64,000 nt of DNA, taken from positions 64,001 to 128,000 of the forward strand of contig CBDASK010000003.1 in NCBI GenBank assembly GCA_965199495.1, in the 5' to 3' direction. This document shows positions 28,787-38,935 of this stretch, piece after piece. The notes below the pieces were generated by a model. That model had not been told where the DNA came from. It did no database searches and worked only from the letters and a program-made list of their open reading frames with translations. The DNA comes from Abditibacterium sp. Lineage in GTDB: Bacteria > Armatimonadota > Abditibacteriia > Abditibacteriales > Abditibacteriaceae. The stretch's first letter is position 1; the number at the start of each line of letters is the position of its first letter. The position numbers and the translations under genes were made by a program.

Positions 28787-31700
28787 ATGTTTCCCCTGCG
28801 ACGGGCGCTTTTCGCGCTTGCCATTTCGATGGCCGTCCCTGCCTGTGCGGCACAAGCCGCCACTATAACTGTTGATCGAACCGATGACGCCGATGTTTCA
28901 GCGTGTTCGACGGCTGCCAACGATTGCACATTACGCGGTGCGATTAACAAAGCCAACAATACGGCGTCCAATCCCGGTGCGGATACAATTGTTTTCGCCA
29001 GCAATGTGCGCGGTGCGATTGTGCTTTCTAACGGCCAACTGCCTTTCGTTAGTGAGATATTGAATATCACTGGCCCCGTCGTAGGCGCGTTAGCTTTGGA
29101 TGGGAACTCGAAAAACCGAATTTTTCAGGTTCTTCCCGGCGCAAGTTTCACGATTAGTAATTTGACTTTGCGTAAGGGCGCTGCTGGTAGTAGCGACGAT
29201 GGCGGCGCCATTTATAGCCAGGGCAATCTGGACGTTAGCAACTGCGTTTTCGACGGCAACTCCGCGTCCTCTGGGGGAGCGATTATAAGTGGCACGCTTA
29301 CTCTGACGGCGAGCCGCTTCATCAACAATAGGGCGATTGGCGCAGGCGGCGCCATTTATGGATCGGGTGCCGTTGTGACGGACTGCGTTTTCGCAGATAA
29401 CATAGCTAACACCAGTGGCGGCGCCTTTTCAGGTGGTTCGCTTCAGATGAACAACTGTTCTTTTACTAGTAATCTCAGCTTGGTTTCGGGTGGAGGCATG
29501 GATGTTTATGGGCCAGCGACCATTTCCAATAGCACTTTCGTTAATAATCAGGCGCGCAACGGTGGCGGACTTTCGCTTTTCGGCAATTCTTCGACCGTTC
29601 AGAATTGCACTATCACTGGCAATAGCGCGACGGTTAAAGGTGGTGGCGTTTACACTTATGGCGAACATTTGCTGGACAGCGTGACCATCACCGACAATGT
29701 GGCGCCTCCCAATCAGGGCGGCGGAGTTGCGGCGACGGGCGGCACCAATCAACGCGTTGAAATTAAAAACTCGATTGTCACCGCCAGTCGCTCCGGTGGC
29801 GATGTGGATTACGTGTTCGATTTGCCCCGCGAAAATACCAATGAGGTCGTCAGCCTCGGACACAACCTGATTGGCAGCGGCAACGCGACAGTTTCATTCA
29901 ACCAAAGCGGCGATCAAACCGGCGTCACCGATGCCAAACTCGGCCCACTCGCCGGTAACGGCGGCGCGACGCAAACCATCGCGCTTTTGGCGGGCAGTCC
30001 GGCGATTGACGCGGGGCAAACCACTCTCGCCACCGATCAACGCGGCGTGGCTCGTCCGCAGGGCGGCGCCGCCGACATCGGCGCTTACGAATTATCAGCC
30101 ACGCCGCCGACAACCGAAATACCGAGTTTGATCGTGACGACGCTCGACGACGTGGATGCCAACGATGGCCAAAATTCGTTGCGCGAGGCCATTAACTATG
30201 CGAATTCAAAAGAGGGCGCGGATGTCATTACCTTCGCCAATAATTTGACAGGCACGGTCAGGTTGAATGCGCAGTTGCCCACGATTTACGATGCGCTTAC
30301 GATTCAAGGCGCGGGCGCCAGTGTATTGGCTATTGATGGCAGCGGCGCCCGTCTGTTGCGCATCGCCAGTAACGCCAGCGCCACTATCAACGACTTGACG
30401 CTTTCTGGCGGCAAATTTTCGCCCGACGACGGGCGCGGCGGCGCCATTCTCAACGAAGGCAATCTCAGCATGAATCAGGTCGCGGTCTCCAACAATCGCG
30501 GCATCGAAGGCGGCGGCATCGCCAACCTCAACGGCGTCTTGACGATGACCGGCTGTCTGTTAAATAACAACGTGGCTCTCAACAGTGGCGGCGGCATTCT
30601 CAATAATAACGGGCAAGTCACGCTCATCAATAGCACGGTTAGCGGCAACAGCGCGATTGGTAACACCGCCGACGCTGCTGGCGGCGGTGGCATTGATTCG
30701 TTCGGTAGCGCCGCGACGGTGCGCCTCGAATGCGTGACTTTAGCGAACAACAGCGCGTCCAATGTGGCGGGCGGCAACCGCGCGGGCGTGTGGATCGAAG
30801 AGGGCGCGCTCACGATTCACAATTCGGTTTTGTATGGCAACGGCACGAGCGACGTGCAAAACGAGGCGGGCACGCTCAGCAGTTCTGGTTACAACATATT
30901 CGGCGTTGTGAACAATAACGCCGGTTTGGTGGCCAGTGACCGCGTGGGAGTCAATCCGCAAATCGGTGGCTTGGCCGACAACGGCGGGCCGACGTTTACG
31001 CACGCGTTGCTGGCGGGCAGCCCGGCGATTAATACCGGCGACCCGAATATCAAAGACGGCTTCGATCAGCGCGGCGGCGGTTTCCCGCGCGTGCGCGGCG
31101 GCATCATTGATGTCGGCGCCTTTGAAGTGCAAAGCGATGCCGCCACGCCAATTGTCAGCCTCAGCCCACAAAACCCGACGACCGATCAGAAGCTCACAGC
31201 CACGCCGAGCGGCTTCGATGCGGGCGCGGTTTACAGTTACCTCTGGAAGAAGAATGGCGTCCTGATTCCCAACGAAACTTCGGGCACGCTCGACCTGAGC
31301 AAACCCGGCAACGGCGATGTCGGCGATATTATCACTGTCGAAGTCACTTCTGGCTCAGTTGTGCGCACGGCGGGCGTGAAAGTGATCAACCTCAATCGCG
31401 CGCCTGTCGCTTTCAGCCGCAACGTGAGCGCGACCGCCGATGTGGAGGCGTCGTTTGAACTGCGCGGCTCCGATCCCGATGGCAACGCGATTACTTTCGA
31501 GATTACCAAAGCGCCCACCAACGGTCAGGCCGAAATCAAGGTTGACCCGCTCGATGGCAAAATCAAACTGTTTTACAAAAGTCGCCCGCGCTTCAACGGC
31601 GTGGATGTGATTCGCTTTGTCGCCGTTGACACTGCGGGCGCCAAGTCCAACGAAGCGACCTTGGGCATCGCGGTGAAATACAACGCGCCGCCGGTCAACC

Positions 31701-32296
31701 GCGCGCCGGTGGCTGGTGACACCAACATTGATACTTATGTCGGCGATTCGGTTGTCAAAGGTCTGCTCGGCTCTGACCCCGATGGCGACGCGATCACGTT
31801 TCGCATCGTCAATAACGCCAAGTATGGCAGCAGCGAAATCAAGCGCGATACCGATGGTTTCTTCAAACTGTTCTACACCAGTTTGAATCGTTTCTACGGC
31901 AACGACCGCGTGACTTATATCGCCATTGACAGTCGCGGCAAAGAATCGAACCTCGCGACGATCAACATCCACTTTATCAACCGCGCGCCTTCGGCCCAGA
32001 ACAACACGCTGAGCGTGGCTTCGGGCGAATTGGTTTCGCAATATCTGTTTGGCACCGACACCGATAACGACGCGTTGACGTTCCGTCTGGTCAACAATCC
32101 GCAATACGGCACCGGTTCAGTCAAGCGCGATGAACAGGGCAACTGGCGCGTGTATTACCAATCGGTGCCGGGCTATGTCGGCGCGGATCGCATCACGTTT
32201 ATCGCGATTGATCCCTTTGGCAAAGAATCGCAGGTCGCGACCGCCAATATTAACGTCGTGCGCGTCGGGCCGCAACCGTCGAGCGGTAATTCGTAA
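28787..32296 (+). CDS. Paralogous large secreted beta-helix/CSLREA/choice-of-anchor-Q protein
   Basis: Signal peptide; CTLRGAI and NSLREAI; GGAI repeats; same C-terminal Ig-like modules. Confidence 0.82.
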   Translation: MFPLRRALFALAISMAVPACAAQAATITVDRTDDADVSACSTAANDCTLRGAINKANNTASNPGADTIVFASNVRGAIVLSNGQLPFVSEILNITGPVVGALALDGNSKNRIFQVLPGASFTISNLTLRKGAAGSSDDGGAIYSQGNLDVSNCVFDGNSASSGGAIISGTLTLTASRFINNRAIGAGGAIYGSGAVVTDCVFADNIANTSGGAFSGGSLQMNNCSFTSNLSLVSGGGMDVYGPATISNSTFVNNQARNGGGLSLFGNSSTVQNCTITGNSATVKGGGVYTYGEHLLDSVTITDNVAPPNQGGGVAATGGTNQRVEIKNSIVTASRSGGDVDYVFDLPRENTNEVVSLGHNLIGSGNATVSFNQSGDQTGVTDAKLGPLAGNGGATQTIALLAGSPAIDAGQTTLATDQRGVARPQGGAADIGAYELSATPPTTEIPSLIVTTLDDVDANDGQNSLREAINYANSKEGADVITFANNLTGTVRLNAQLPTIYDALTIQGAGASVLAIDGSGARLLRIASNASATINDLTLSGGKFSPDDGRGGAILNEGNLSMNQVAVSNNRGIEGGGIANLNGVLTMTGCLLNNNVALNSGGGILNNNGQVTLINSTVSGNSAIGNTADAAGGGGIDSFGSAATVRLECVTLANNSASNVAGGNRAGVWIEEGALTIHNSVLYGNGTSDVQNEAGTLSSSGYNIFGVVNNNAGLVASDRVGVNPQIGGLADNGGPTFTHALLAGSPAINTGDPNIKDGFDQRGGGFPRVRGGIIDVGAFEVQSDAATPIVSLSPQNPTTDQKLTATPSGFDAGAVYSYLWKKNGVLIPNETSGTLDLSKPGNGDVGDIITVEVTSGSVVRTAGVKVINLNRAPVAFSRNVSATADVEASFELRGSDPDGNAITFEITKAPTNGQAEIKVDPLDGKIKLFYKSRPRFNGVDVIRFVAVDTAGAKSNEATLGIAVKYNAPPVNRAPVAGDTNIDTYVGDSVVKGLLGSDPDGDAITFRIVNNAKYGSSEIKRDTDGFFKLFYTSLNRFYGNDRVTYIAIDSRGKESNLATINIHFINRAPSAQNNTLSVASGELVSQYLFGTDTDNDALTFRLVNNPQYGTGSVKRDEQGNWRVYYQSVPGYVGADRITFIAIDPFGKESQVATANINVVRVGPQPSSGNS
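31691..32271 (+). repeat. 581-bp near-identical direct repeat, copy 2
   Basis: See 28003-28583. Confidence 0.92.
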
Positions 32297-32319
32297 AAAC
32301 TTGAGACGCGATTCAAACG

Positions 32320-32349
32320 GGCGGCGACCCTTTCGGGTCGCCGCCTTTT
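32320..32349 (+). terminator. Rho-independent terminator
   Basis: ggcggcgaccc-tttc-gggtcgccgcc followed by tttt. Confidence 0.85.
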
Positions 32350-32429
32350 GCTGACCCGCAAATCTCACCTTGTCATTAATACGAACTGTAATTGATTTCG
32401 GGTACACTTTGCCACTCATCTCCATTCCT

Positions 32430-34724
32430 ATGAATAAGAGTTATATCCCACAACTTCTCCACAAGACCAGTATTGCTCTGGCGTGCGCGTTACCTTTGCT
32501 GTGCGCGCCCGCCGCGCACGCATGGGCGCCCAAAAAGGCGCCGCTGATGACGAAATGGGCCGCGCAAGTTGACCCCAAAGCGCCGCTTCCCGAATATCCG
32601 CGCCCGCAATTGGTGCGCAAAAACTGGCAGAACCTCAACGGCATCTGGCAATATCAACCGGGCACCGACGGTGAAGCCACGCCGACTGGTCAAAAGCTGA
32701 GCAGCGAGATTTTGGTGCCGTATCCCGTCGAATCGGCGTTATCGGGCGTCATGGAACACCACGACCGCCTGTGGTATAAACGCACTTTCACGGTTCCGGC
32801 CAACTGGCACGGCCAGCAAATCAAACTCAACTTTGGCGCGGTGGATTACGAGGCGCAAATCTTCGTCAACGGCCAGAGCGTCGGCACGCACACCGGCGGT
32901 TATGAGCAGTTTTCCTACGACATCACGCCCTTTTTGAAGGGCAACGGCCCGCAAGAACTCATTGTGCGCGTCTTTGATGCGACCGACAAAGCGGGCGAGC
33001 CGCGCGGCAAGCAGACGCTCAATCCCGGCGGCATCATGTATACGCCAACGACTGGCATCTGGCAGACCGTCTGGCTCGAACCCGTCGCGAAAAACTCCAT
33101 CGTCGGTTTGCACATGGTGCCCGATATTGACGCGGGCAACGTCAAAATGTTGGTCGCCGCGCCCAGCGCCAATGCCAAGACGGTCGCGACCGTGCGCATC
33201 AAAGACGGCAATCGCGTGATTTCAACCGTGCGCGTGCGGCCCAACGAGGACGTTTCGATTCCGATCAAAAACGCCAAACTGTGGTCGCCCGACAGCCCGT
33301 TTTTATATAACGTGGACGTGGCTCTGAGCGACGGTAAGACCCAAACCGATACGGTTTCGAGTTATTTTGGCATGCGCAAAATCTCAACGGGCATGGTGGG
33401 CGGCTTCCGTCGGTTGTTGCTCAACAACAAATTCGTCTTTCAGATGGGGCCGCTCGATCAGGGTTTCTGGCCCGATGGCATTTACACCGCGCCGACCGAT
33501 GAAGCGCTCGAATCCGACATCAAAGCCGAGAAAGAACTGGGCTTTAACATGGTGCGCAAGCACATCAAAGTCGAACCGGCGCGCTGGTATTATCATGCCG
33601 ACAAACTCGGATTGATGGTCTGGCAGGATATGCCGTCGGCCAACTCTTATACGGGCAACCCGCAACCGCTCGACAAACCAGCCTTCCAGAAACAGTTGAT
33701 TTCCACGATTACTTCGCATTGGAACTCGCCCGCGATTGTGATGTGGGTGATTTTCAACGAAGGTCAGGGTTATCACGACCCGGCGCAATTGGTTGGTTTG
33801 GCCAAAAATCTCGATCCGTCGCGTCTGGTGAGCCGCAATAGCGGCACTGATTTCGGCGATGACTTGAGCATCAGCGACATCCGCGACGCGCATTCCTACC
33901 CGCCGCCCGCCGCCCCGCCTTATAACGCGGCACAAGCCTCGGTTTGCGGCGAATATGGTGGTATCGGTTACATCTACAAAGGCCACTTGTATAAGGGCGA
34001 CGACTACAAATACGGGACTTACACCATCGCCGACACGCCCGCCGCGTTGCAGGACGAATACGGCTTATTCACCGACAAACTGCGCCAACTGCGCGATGAA
34101 AAAGGCTTGAACGCGGCGGTTTATACCGAAATCACCGATGTCGAAACCGAAATCAACGGTTTGCTCACCTACGACCGCGTGATGAAAGTTGACCCAGCGC
34201 AGATTCGTCTGGCCAACGCCTTCAAATATCCGGTTCCGATTTATACCCCAGTCGTGCCAACCTCGGCAAAAGAAAGCCAGACCTACCAATACACCTTCGA
34301 TAACCCCGCGCCGGGCTGGAGCGATGCGGACTTCGCCGACGCCAAAAATTGGAAGACAGGTCTGGGTGGTTTCGGCACTGCATTGACGCCGGGCATCGGC
34401 CAGCTGGGCACGGTGTGGGACACGCCCGACATCTGGGTTCGCCGCACCTTTACCCTGCCCAACCTGACGCCGGAGCAGGTGAAACAGCTGGTCATCACCG
34501 ACTATCACGACGAAGATGTCGAGATTTATCTCAATGGCGTTTTGGCCTATTCCAAAACGGGATTCGTCGGCGACTATGAGAACGTCGCCATCACCGATGC
34601 CGCGCGCAATGCGCTGAAAATCGGCGGCGAAAACGTATTGGTCGCCCATTGTCGCCAAACGCAGGGCGGACAATATTTGGACATCGGATTGTCGCTCAAG
34701 CAAATGCCCAAAGCGATGAATTAG
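32430..34724 (+). CDS. Secreted glycoside hydrolase family 2 with a C-terminal sugar-binding-like domain
   Basis: PEYPRPQL..WQNLNGIW, LNFGAVDY, GIWQTVWLE, LDQGFWPDGIYTAP, GFNMVRKHIKVEP, WVIFNEG, GEYGG, ETEINGLLTYDR. Confidence 0.9.
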   Translation: MNKSYIPQLLHKTSIALACALPLLCAPAAHAWAPKKAPLMTKWAAQVDPKAPLPEYPRPQLVRKNWQNLNGIWQYQPGTDGEATPTGQKLSSEILVPYPVESALSGVMEHHDRLWYKRTFTVPANWHGQQIKLNFGAVDYEAQIFVNGQSVGTHTGGYEQFSYDITPFLKGNGPQELIVRVFDATDKAGEPRGKQTLNPGGIMYTPTTGIWQTVWLEPVAKNSIVGLHMVPDIDAGNVKMLVAAPSANAKTVATVRIKDGNRVISTVRVRPNEDVSIPIKNAKLWSPDSPFLYNVDVALSDGKTQTDTVSSYFGMRKISTGMVGGFRRLLLNNKFVFQMGPLDQGFWPDGIYTAPTDEALESDIKAEKELGFNMVRKHIKVEPARWYYHADKLGLMVWQDMPSANSYTGNPQPLDKPAFQKQLISTITSHWNSPAIVMWVIFNEGQGYHDPAQLVGLAKNLDPSRLVSRNSGTDFGDDLSISDIRDAHSYPPPAAPPYNAAQASVCGEYGGIGYIYKGHLYKGDDYKYGTYTIADTPAALQDEYGLFTDKLRQLRDEKGLNAAVYTEITDVETEINGLLTYDRVMKVDPAQIRLANAFKYPVPIYTPVVPTSAKESQTYQYTFDNPAPGWSDADFADAKNWKTGLGGFGTALTPGIGQLGTVWDTPDIWVRRTFTLPNLTPEQVKQLVITDYHDEDVEIYLNGVLAYSKTGFVGDYENVAITDAARNALKIGGENVLVAHCRQTQGGQYLDIGLSLKQMPKAMN

Positions 34725-34738
34725 GGAATTTCGACGTG

Positions 34739-34776
34739 AAAAGGGCCGCAACTGGAAACAGTCGCGGCCCTTTTTT
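34739..34776 (+). terminator. Rho-independent terminator
   Basis: aaaagggccgc/gcggccctttttt. Confidence 0.8.
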
Positions 34777-34818
34777 GGGATGCTCTTTATCATTGATTTG
34801 AGATCCAAAATGTGCCTT

Positions 34819-34983
34819 CATTGTCATTCTGAGCCGGGTGCCCCTTGGGCGGTAGGCACGAACGAAGTCGAAGAATCCATAGGTTGTGATTGAATTTGGC
34901 TTTCGTTGATGCCGTTACGTCATGGATTTTTCGACTTCGTTCGTGCCTACCGCCCAAGGGGCACCCGGCTCAGAATGACAATG
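34819..34983. repeat. Inverted repeat with 62-bp arms (one mismatch), GTCATTCTGAGC family
   Basis: 34819-34880 / 34922-34983. Confidence 0.92.
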
Positions 34984-35016
34984 CGTCCGTGCTGTTACGC
35001 AGCAGGGCGCAAAACC

Positions 35017-37695
35017 TCAATCGTTGGTCTTCGCCGGTTTCATCAAACTTTTGCGCAGTTCGTCCAGCATTTCGCGAATCTCCCCATCGGGAATTTTAAG
35101 TTCTTTGCCGTCCTCGCCGCGTTTGGTCACGTAAAAAGAGTCCTCGGCCTGGCCGCCCCATGTCGTGACTTTGGCGGTGTGAATGTCCAGCTCCAAAGCA
35201 GCCACGGCGCGCGAGGTGTGATAGAGCAAGCCGGGAATGTTGTTGCACACGATGGAAATGACCGTGTGTTCGTCCGACAAATCGTTCTGCGCGCTGATGC
35301 GAACCGGCGTTACGCTCTGCGAAACTTTCTTGCCCGCCGCCTTCAAAACTTCGTCCAATGAGCCGTCGCCGATCAAAACTTCGCGCAGCATCGCGGCCAA
35401 GCGGGCGGTTTGCGAACTGCTCAAATTGCGCCCGCTCGACATAATGTTCAAGCGGTCAACCACGACATCTTTGCCGTTGCCGGGCGCGCCACGGCTCCAC
35501 TTCGAGTTGAGCGCCGCGCCTTCCAAAGTGTAAACCTGCGCCGCCACGATTTCGGCGTTGGCCGCGTGAACCACGCCGCACAAACGACTCAAAAGTCCCG
35601 GTTTTTCGTCGTCGTAAGTCACCACAGTCATTTCGGCGACGTGATGTTCGGGCATCGGATAAAAGTCCACGATGAGCTTTTCTTCGGGCAGTTCGTCCAG
35701 AAACTTGAGATGCGTCGCCATCGTCGGCATCGGCGTGTTGAGAATATACGATGCGGGCAAAGTATCGCTGACTTTTTGTAAGGTGCCGTCGTCCAAATTC
35801 AAGTGGCGCAATTGGCGGCGAAAGCGTTCGCGTTCCTGCTGCACCAAATGCTCGCGCTTTTCGGTGTCGGTCAGAATTTCGGCGCTTTCGGCGCGCGTCA
35901 TCGCCAATAGGCAACGGTCGTAAAGCTCGCGCATCGAACTCAAATCGAGCGGCGAATAAGAGCGCTCGCCGACCGACATCGTGTCGGCCATCGAAAGCAG
36001 ATACAACATTTTGAGCGTCGGAACATCGCGCACGAAACCGATGACGCGCCGAATTGTGGCGGGCGCCGACAAATCGTGCAAACGTGCGCTGCGCGGCATG
36101 ACCAGATGACGCCGAATCAAGATTTTGAGCGTCGCCAAACGTCCCGCCGAAAGGCCCAAGCGTTCGCCGATGCGCGCACCGATTTTTTCGCCCGAAATGC
36201 TGTGGTCGGTGCCCGCCTCGATTTTACCGACATCGTGGAGGAGCGTCGCCAAAACCAGCAATTCGTGATCGTTGACGCCATTCCACAGCGCGGAAAGCGC
36301 GTCGTCTTTGCGGCGTTTCCACCACAGATTATCGAGTTGGCGCACGGCGTAAATCGAGTGTTCGCCCACGCTCAGTTCGTGCGACGGATCGGGCGGCGCC
36401 AGATGCAACATCGCCTGAGTTTCGGGAATCAGCGCCTGCAACACACCGCGCGCGCGCAATTCGGTCAGGATGCCCGCCGCGTTGCCCATATCGCCGATCA
36501 GATCGAAAAACGCGCGCCGCATTTCGGGCGCACGGCGCACCTCGTCGTCAATGTTATGCAGACTATCGTCCAAATCGCGCGACAAATCGGGATCGAGCGT
36601 AAAACCATATTTGCGCGCCAGAGAAAACGGCGTCAGCAAAAGTTCGGGATGATTAACGAGCGTATAGGGATGCGCCGCCGCCAAACTTTGGCGCACCGCG
36701 ACGAAGTGGCTGTCGAGGTTGAGCGGGCCTTCGAGCAACTGTTCCAACACGCGGTCGCAAAAGCGCGCGGCGTTTTCGGCGTGAACATAATAGTCGCCCA
36801 GCAGATTTTGCGCGGCCATGCCGTTGGCGCCGGTATAGTTGAAATCGCGCGCGCATTTATCTTGATAAGGCAAGCGCAAAACGTCGGTTTTGCTTTCGGT
36901 TTGCAAGTGCAGCCACACGCGCAGTTGCAAAAAGAAATCGCGCGCCGCGATGATTTGCTCCGCCGATTTCTGAGTCACGACGCCGCGCAAAACCAGTTCG
37001 GCGAGCGGCGCGTCGGTTTTCAGCAGCGCCGCCGCGCTCCACAACGCGAACTGAATATCGCGGAGCGCCCCGGTGCCATCTTTGAGATTCGGCTCGACGG
37101 CGTATTGCGACAGACCCAAATTCGCCGTGCGCTCGCGGCGCTCGGAGGCTTTTTCCAGAATAAATTCGACGGCGTCCCACGTCGAATAGACGCGCTGGCG
37201 CACGCGGTCGGCCAACTTGCGCGAACCCGAAATGTGGCGCGCCTCCAAGAGCGCCGCCTTGGATTGGTGATCTAAGCGCGCGATGTCCGAGAGCGGACGA
37301 TAGGCGTAGCCGACATCGAGTTTGGCGCCGTCCATCAACACTTCGATAATCAGGCGAAACGCTTCTTTGATAACGGCATCAAGGCACGCATCGTCCTCTT
37401 CGGCGGGCACGAACGCGATGTCGATATCGGAATGCGGACACAATTCGCCGCGCCCATAACCACCAATGGCAATCAAAACCAGATCGTCGGGCGAGGTGTC
37501 GCACGATTCGCGCGTGGACAAAACGTGTTCCCACGCCGCGTCGGTGATGCGCTCCAAAACGCCGTCAATCAAGCGTGAATAGTCGTCCAGCCACGGCGCA
37601 ATCGGCGTGCGCCGCGACGCGCGCTTCCAAAGTTTGGCGCGGCCTTCTTCGATTTGTGCGCGCAATTCCAGCACGAGCGGGGAAACGGGTATCAT
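35017..37695 (-). CDS. glnD: [Protein-PII] uridylyltransferase
   Basis: AIGGYGRGELCPHSDIDI, EPNLKDGTGALRDI, HD domain LLHDVGK, two C-terminal ACT domains. True start probably 37695; the ORF-track extension runs through a palindrome. Confidence 0.93.
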   Translation of the reverse strand: MIPVSPLVLELRAQIEEGRAKLWKRASRRTPIAPWLDDYSRLIDGVLERITDAAWEHVLSTRESCDTSPDDLVLIAIGGYGRGELCPHSDIDIAFVPAEEDDACLDAVIKEAFRLIIEVLMDGAKLDVGYAYRPLSDIARLDHQSKAALLEARHISGSRKLADRVRQRVYSTWDAVEFILEKASERRERTANLGLSQYAVEPNLKDGTGALRDIQFALWSAAALLKTDAPLAELVLRGVVTQKSAEQIIAARDFFLQLRVWLHLQTESKTDVLRLPYQDKCARDFNYTGANGMAAQNLLGDYYVHAENAARFCDRVLEQLLEGPLNLDSHFVAVRQSLAAAHPYTLVNHPELLLTPFSLARKYGFTLDPDLSRDLDDSLHNIDDEVRRAPEMRRAFFDLIGDMGNAAGILTELRARGVLQALIPETQAMLHLAPPDPSHELSVGEHSIYAVRQLDNLWWKRRKDDALSALWNGVNDHELLVLATLLHDVGKIEAGTDHSISGEKIGARIGERLGLSAGRLATLKILIRRHLVMPRSARLHDLSAPATIRRVIGFVRDVPTLKMLYLLSMADTMSVGERSYSPLDLSSMRELYDRCLLAMTRAESAEILTDTEKREHLVQQERERFRRQLRHLNLDDGTLQKVSDTLPASYILNTPMPTMATHLKFLDELPEEKLIVDFYPMPEHHVAEMTVVTYDDEKPGLLSRLCGVVHAANAEIVAAQVYTLEGAALNSKWSRGAPGNGKDVVVDRLNIMSSGRNLSSSQTARLAAMLREVLIGDGSLDEVLKAAGKKVSQSVTPVRISAQNDLSDEHTVISIVCNNIPGLLYHTSRAVAALELDIHTAKVTTWGGQAEDSFYVTKRGEDGKELKIPDGEIREMLDELRKSLMKPAKTND

Positions 37696-37736
37696 GTGAG
37701 GTTTAGTTTGGCTGAAATGCGTTGGAGAGAAATTCG

Positions 37737-37894
37737 TTCGTTTTTGGTTTTGCGTGTCATTTCGAGCGGAGCCGAGAAATCTTGCGGCCCCGCGCCAGCG
37801 GCTTTCACGTTCAGAGTTGTCTGTCATTTCCGCTGGCGCGGGGCCGCAAGATTTCTCGGCTCCGCTCGAAATGACACGCAAAACCAAAAACGAA
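37737..37894. repeat. Perfect inverted repeat with 65-bp arms, GTCATTTCGAGCG..GAGAAATC family
   Basis: 37737-37801 / 37830-37894. Confidence 0.93.
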
Positions 37895-37898
37895 ATTT

Positions 37899-38747
37899 CT
37901 ATTTATTCTGTTTCAACGGCTGACATTTACTACAAAAATGATAACTGCGCGCCGTCTTACTCGCGCCCAAAACGCCGCGCTGGATGATGGTGCCGCATTC
38001 GTCACACGCGTCGCCCGTCCGACCATACATCTGCGGGATAAATTCACCATACTCGCCAAACGTATCTTGATAACCGCCGTCTTTGAGCGTGGCGCCGCGC
38101 GCCAAAATCGCGCGTTCGAGCGTCGGGCGCATATAACTGACCAACTCGCGCAACTTCTCAATCGGGATGGACGAAGCCGCCGTGGCTGGATGCAGGCGCG
38201 CCTGATAACAGACTTCGTCGGCGTAAATATTTCCCAATCCGGCGATGAGACTTTGATCTAAAATCGCCGCTTTAATCTTTGAATTACGCTTGCTGAGTTT
38301 TTGCGCGATTTGTTCGGCGGGAAAATCGTCGTCCAAAGGTTCCGGCCCCAATGTTTCCAAAAACGGTAACTCGACCGCGACACCCAATTTGCCGAAAGTG
38401 CGTGGGTCGGTAAAAATCAAACGTTTGCCGCCGCTCAAGCGCAGCACGCCGTGAACGTGTTTGTGCAAACTTTCGATGTCTAAATCGTCGTTGTTACTTT
38501 CGACGTGCAATTTGCCGGTCATGCCCAGATGAACCAGCAAGTTATCGCCGGATTCGAGCGGAAAATAAATCTGTTTGCCGCGCCGTTTGGCGGCGACTAT
38601 TTTTTGCGATTGCGTGCGCTCAACGAACGCTTCGATGTCGGGCGACGTGATGCGCGGCAATCGCGCCCACGTTTGAATAATGGTTTCGCCGACGATTTGC
38701 GGTTCGAGTTGCGCGCGCACGGTTTCGGCTTCGGGAAGTTCTGGCAC
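37899..38747 (-). CDS. mutM: Formamidopyrimidine-DNA glycosylase
   Basis: N-terminal PELPE after a GTG start, RRGKQ, HLGMTG, DPRTFG, GLGNIYADE, C4 zinc finger. Confidence 0.95.
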   Translation of the reverse strand: MPELPEAETVRAQLEPQIVGETIIQTWARLPRITSPDIEAFVERTQSQKIVAAKRRGKQIYFPLESGDNLLVHLGMTGKLHVESNNDDLDIESLHKHVHGVLRLSGGKRLIFTDPRTFGKLGVAVELPFLETLGPEPLDDDFPAEQIAQKLSKRNSKIKAAILDQSLIAGLGNIYADEVCYQARLHPATAASSIPIEKLRELVSYMRPTLERAILARGATLKDGGYQDTFGEYGEFIPQMYGRTGDACDECGTIIQRGVLGASKTARSYHFCSKCQPLKQNK

Positions 38748-38779
38748 GCCAATGAGTTTATAATGTGCCTCAACCAACC

Positions 38780-38926
38780 GCGTTTTTCTTTCGTAGAGAC
38801 ACCGATTCGGGTGCCCTTTGAGCGGATGTTTAAAATGTCGAAGTCGCTTCATCGGAAAGCAAACCTAATGTTTTAGACATCCGCCCAGAGGGCACCCGAA
38901 TCGGTGTCTCTACCAAAGAAAAACGC
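38780..38926. repeat. Inverted repeat with about 56-bp arms, GTAG-type core gtagagacaccga
   Basis: 38780-38835 / 38871-38926 with a few mismatches; same core and tttcttt flank as 19200-19353. Confidence 0.88.
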
Positions 38927-38935
38927 ATTAGAATT

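Noticed and set aside
28003..32271. 581-bp repeat pair as a DGR template and variable repeat
   Set aside because: The differences are not adenine-specific, both copies are coding, and they are far from the RT, which is retron-type.
37696..37887. ORF-track N-terminal extensions of glnD (also SWIM from 2925, SbcC-like to 19239, mutM to 38852, cupin to 47727)
   Set aside because: They run through palindromic repeats or the tRNA; conserved protein starts and promoter/RBS signals lie downstream.
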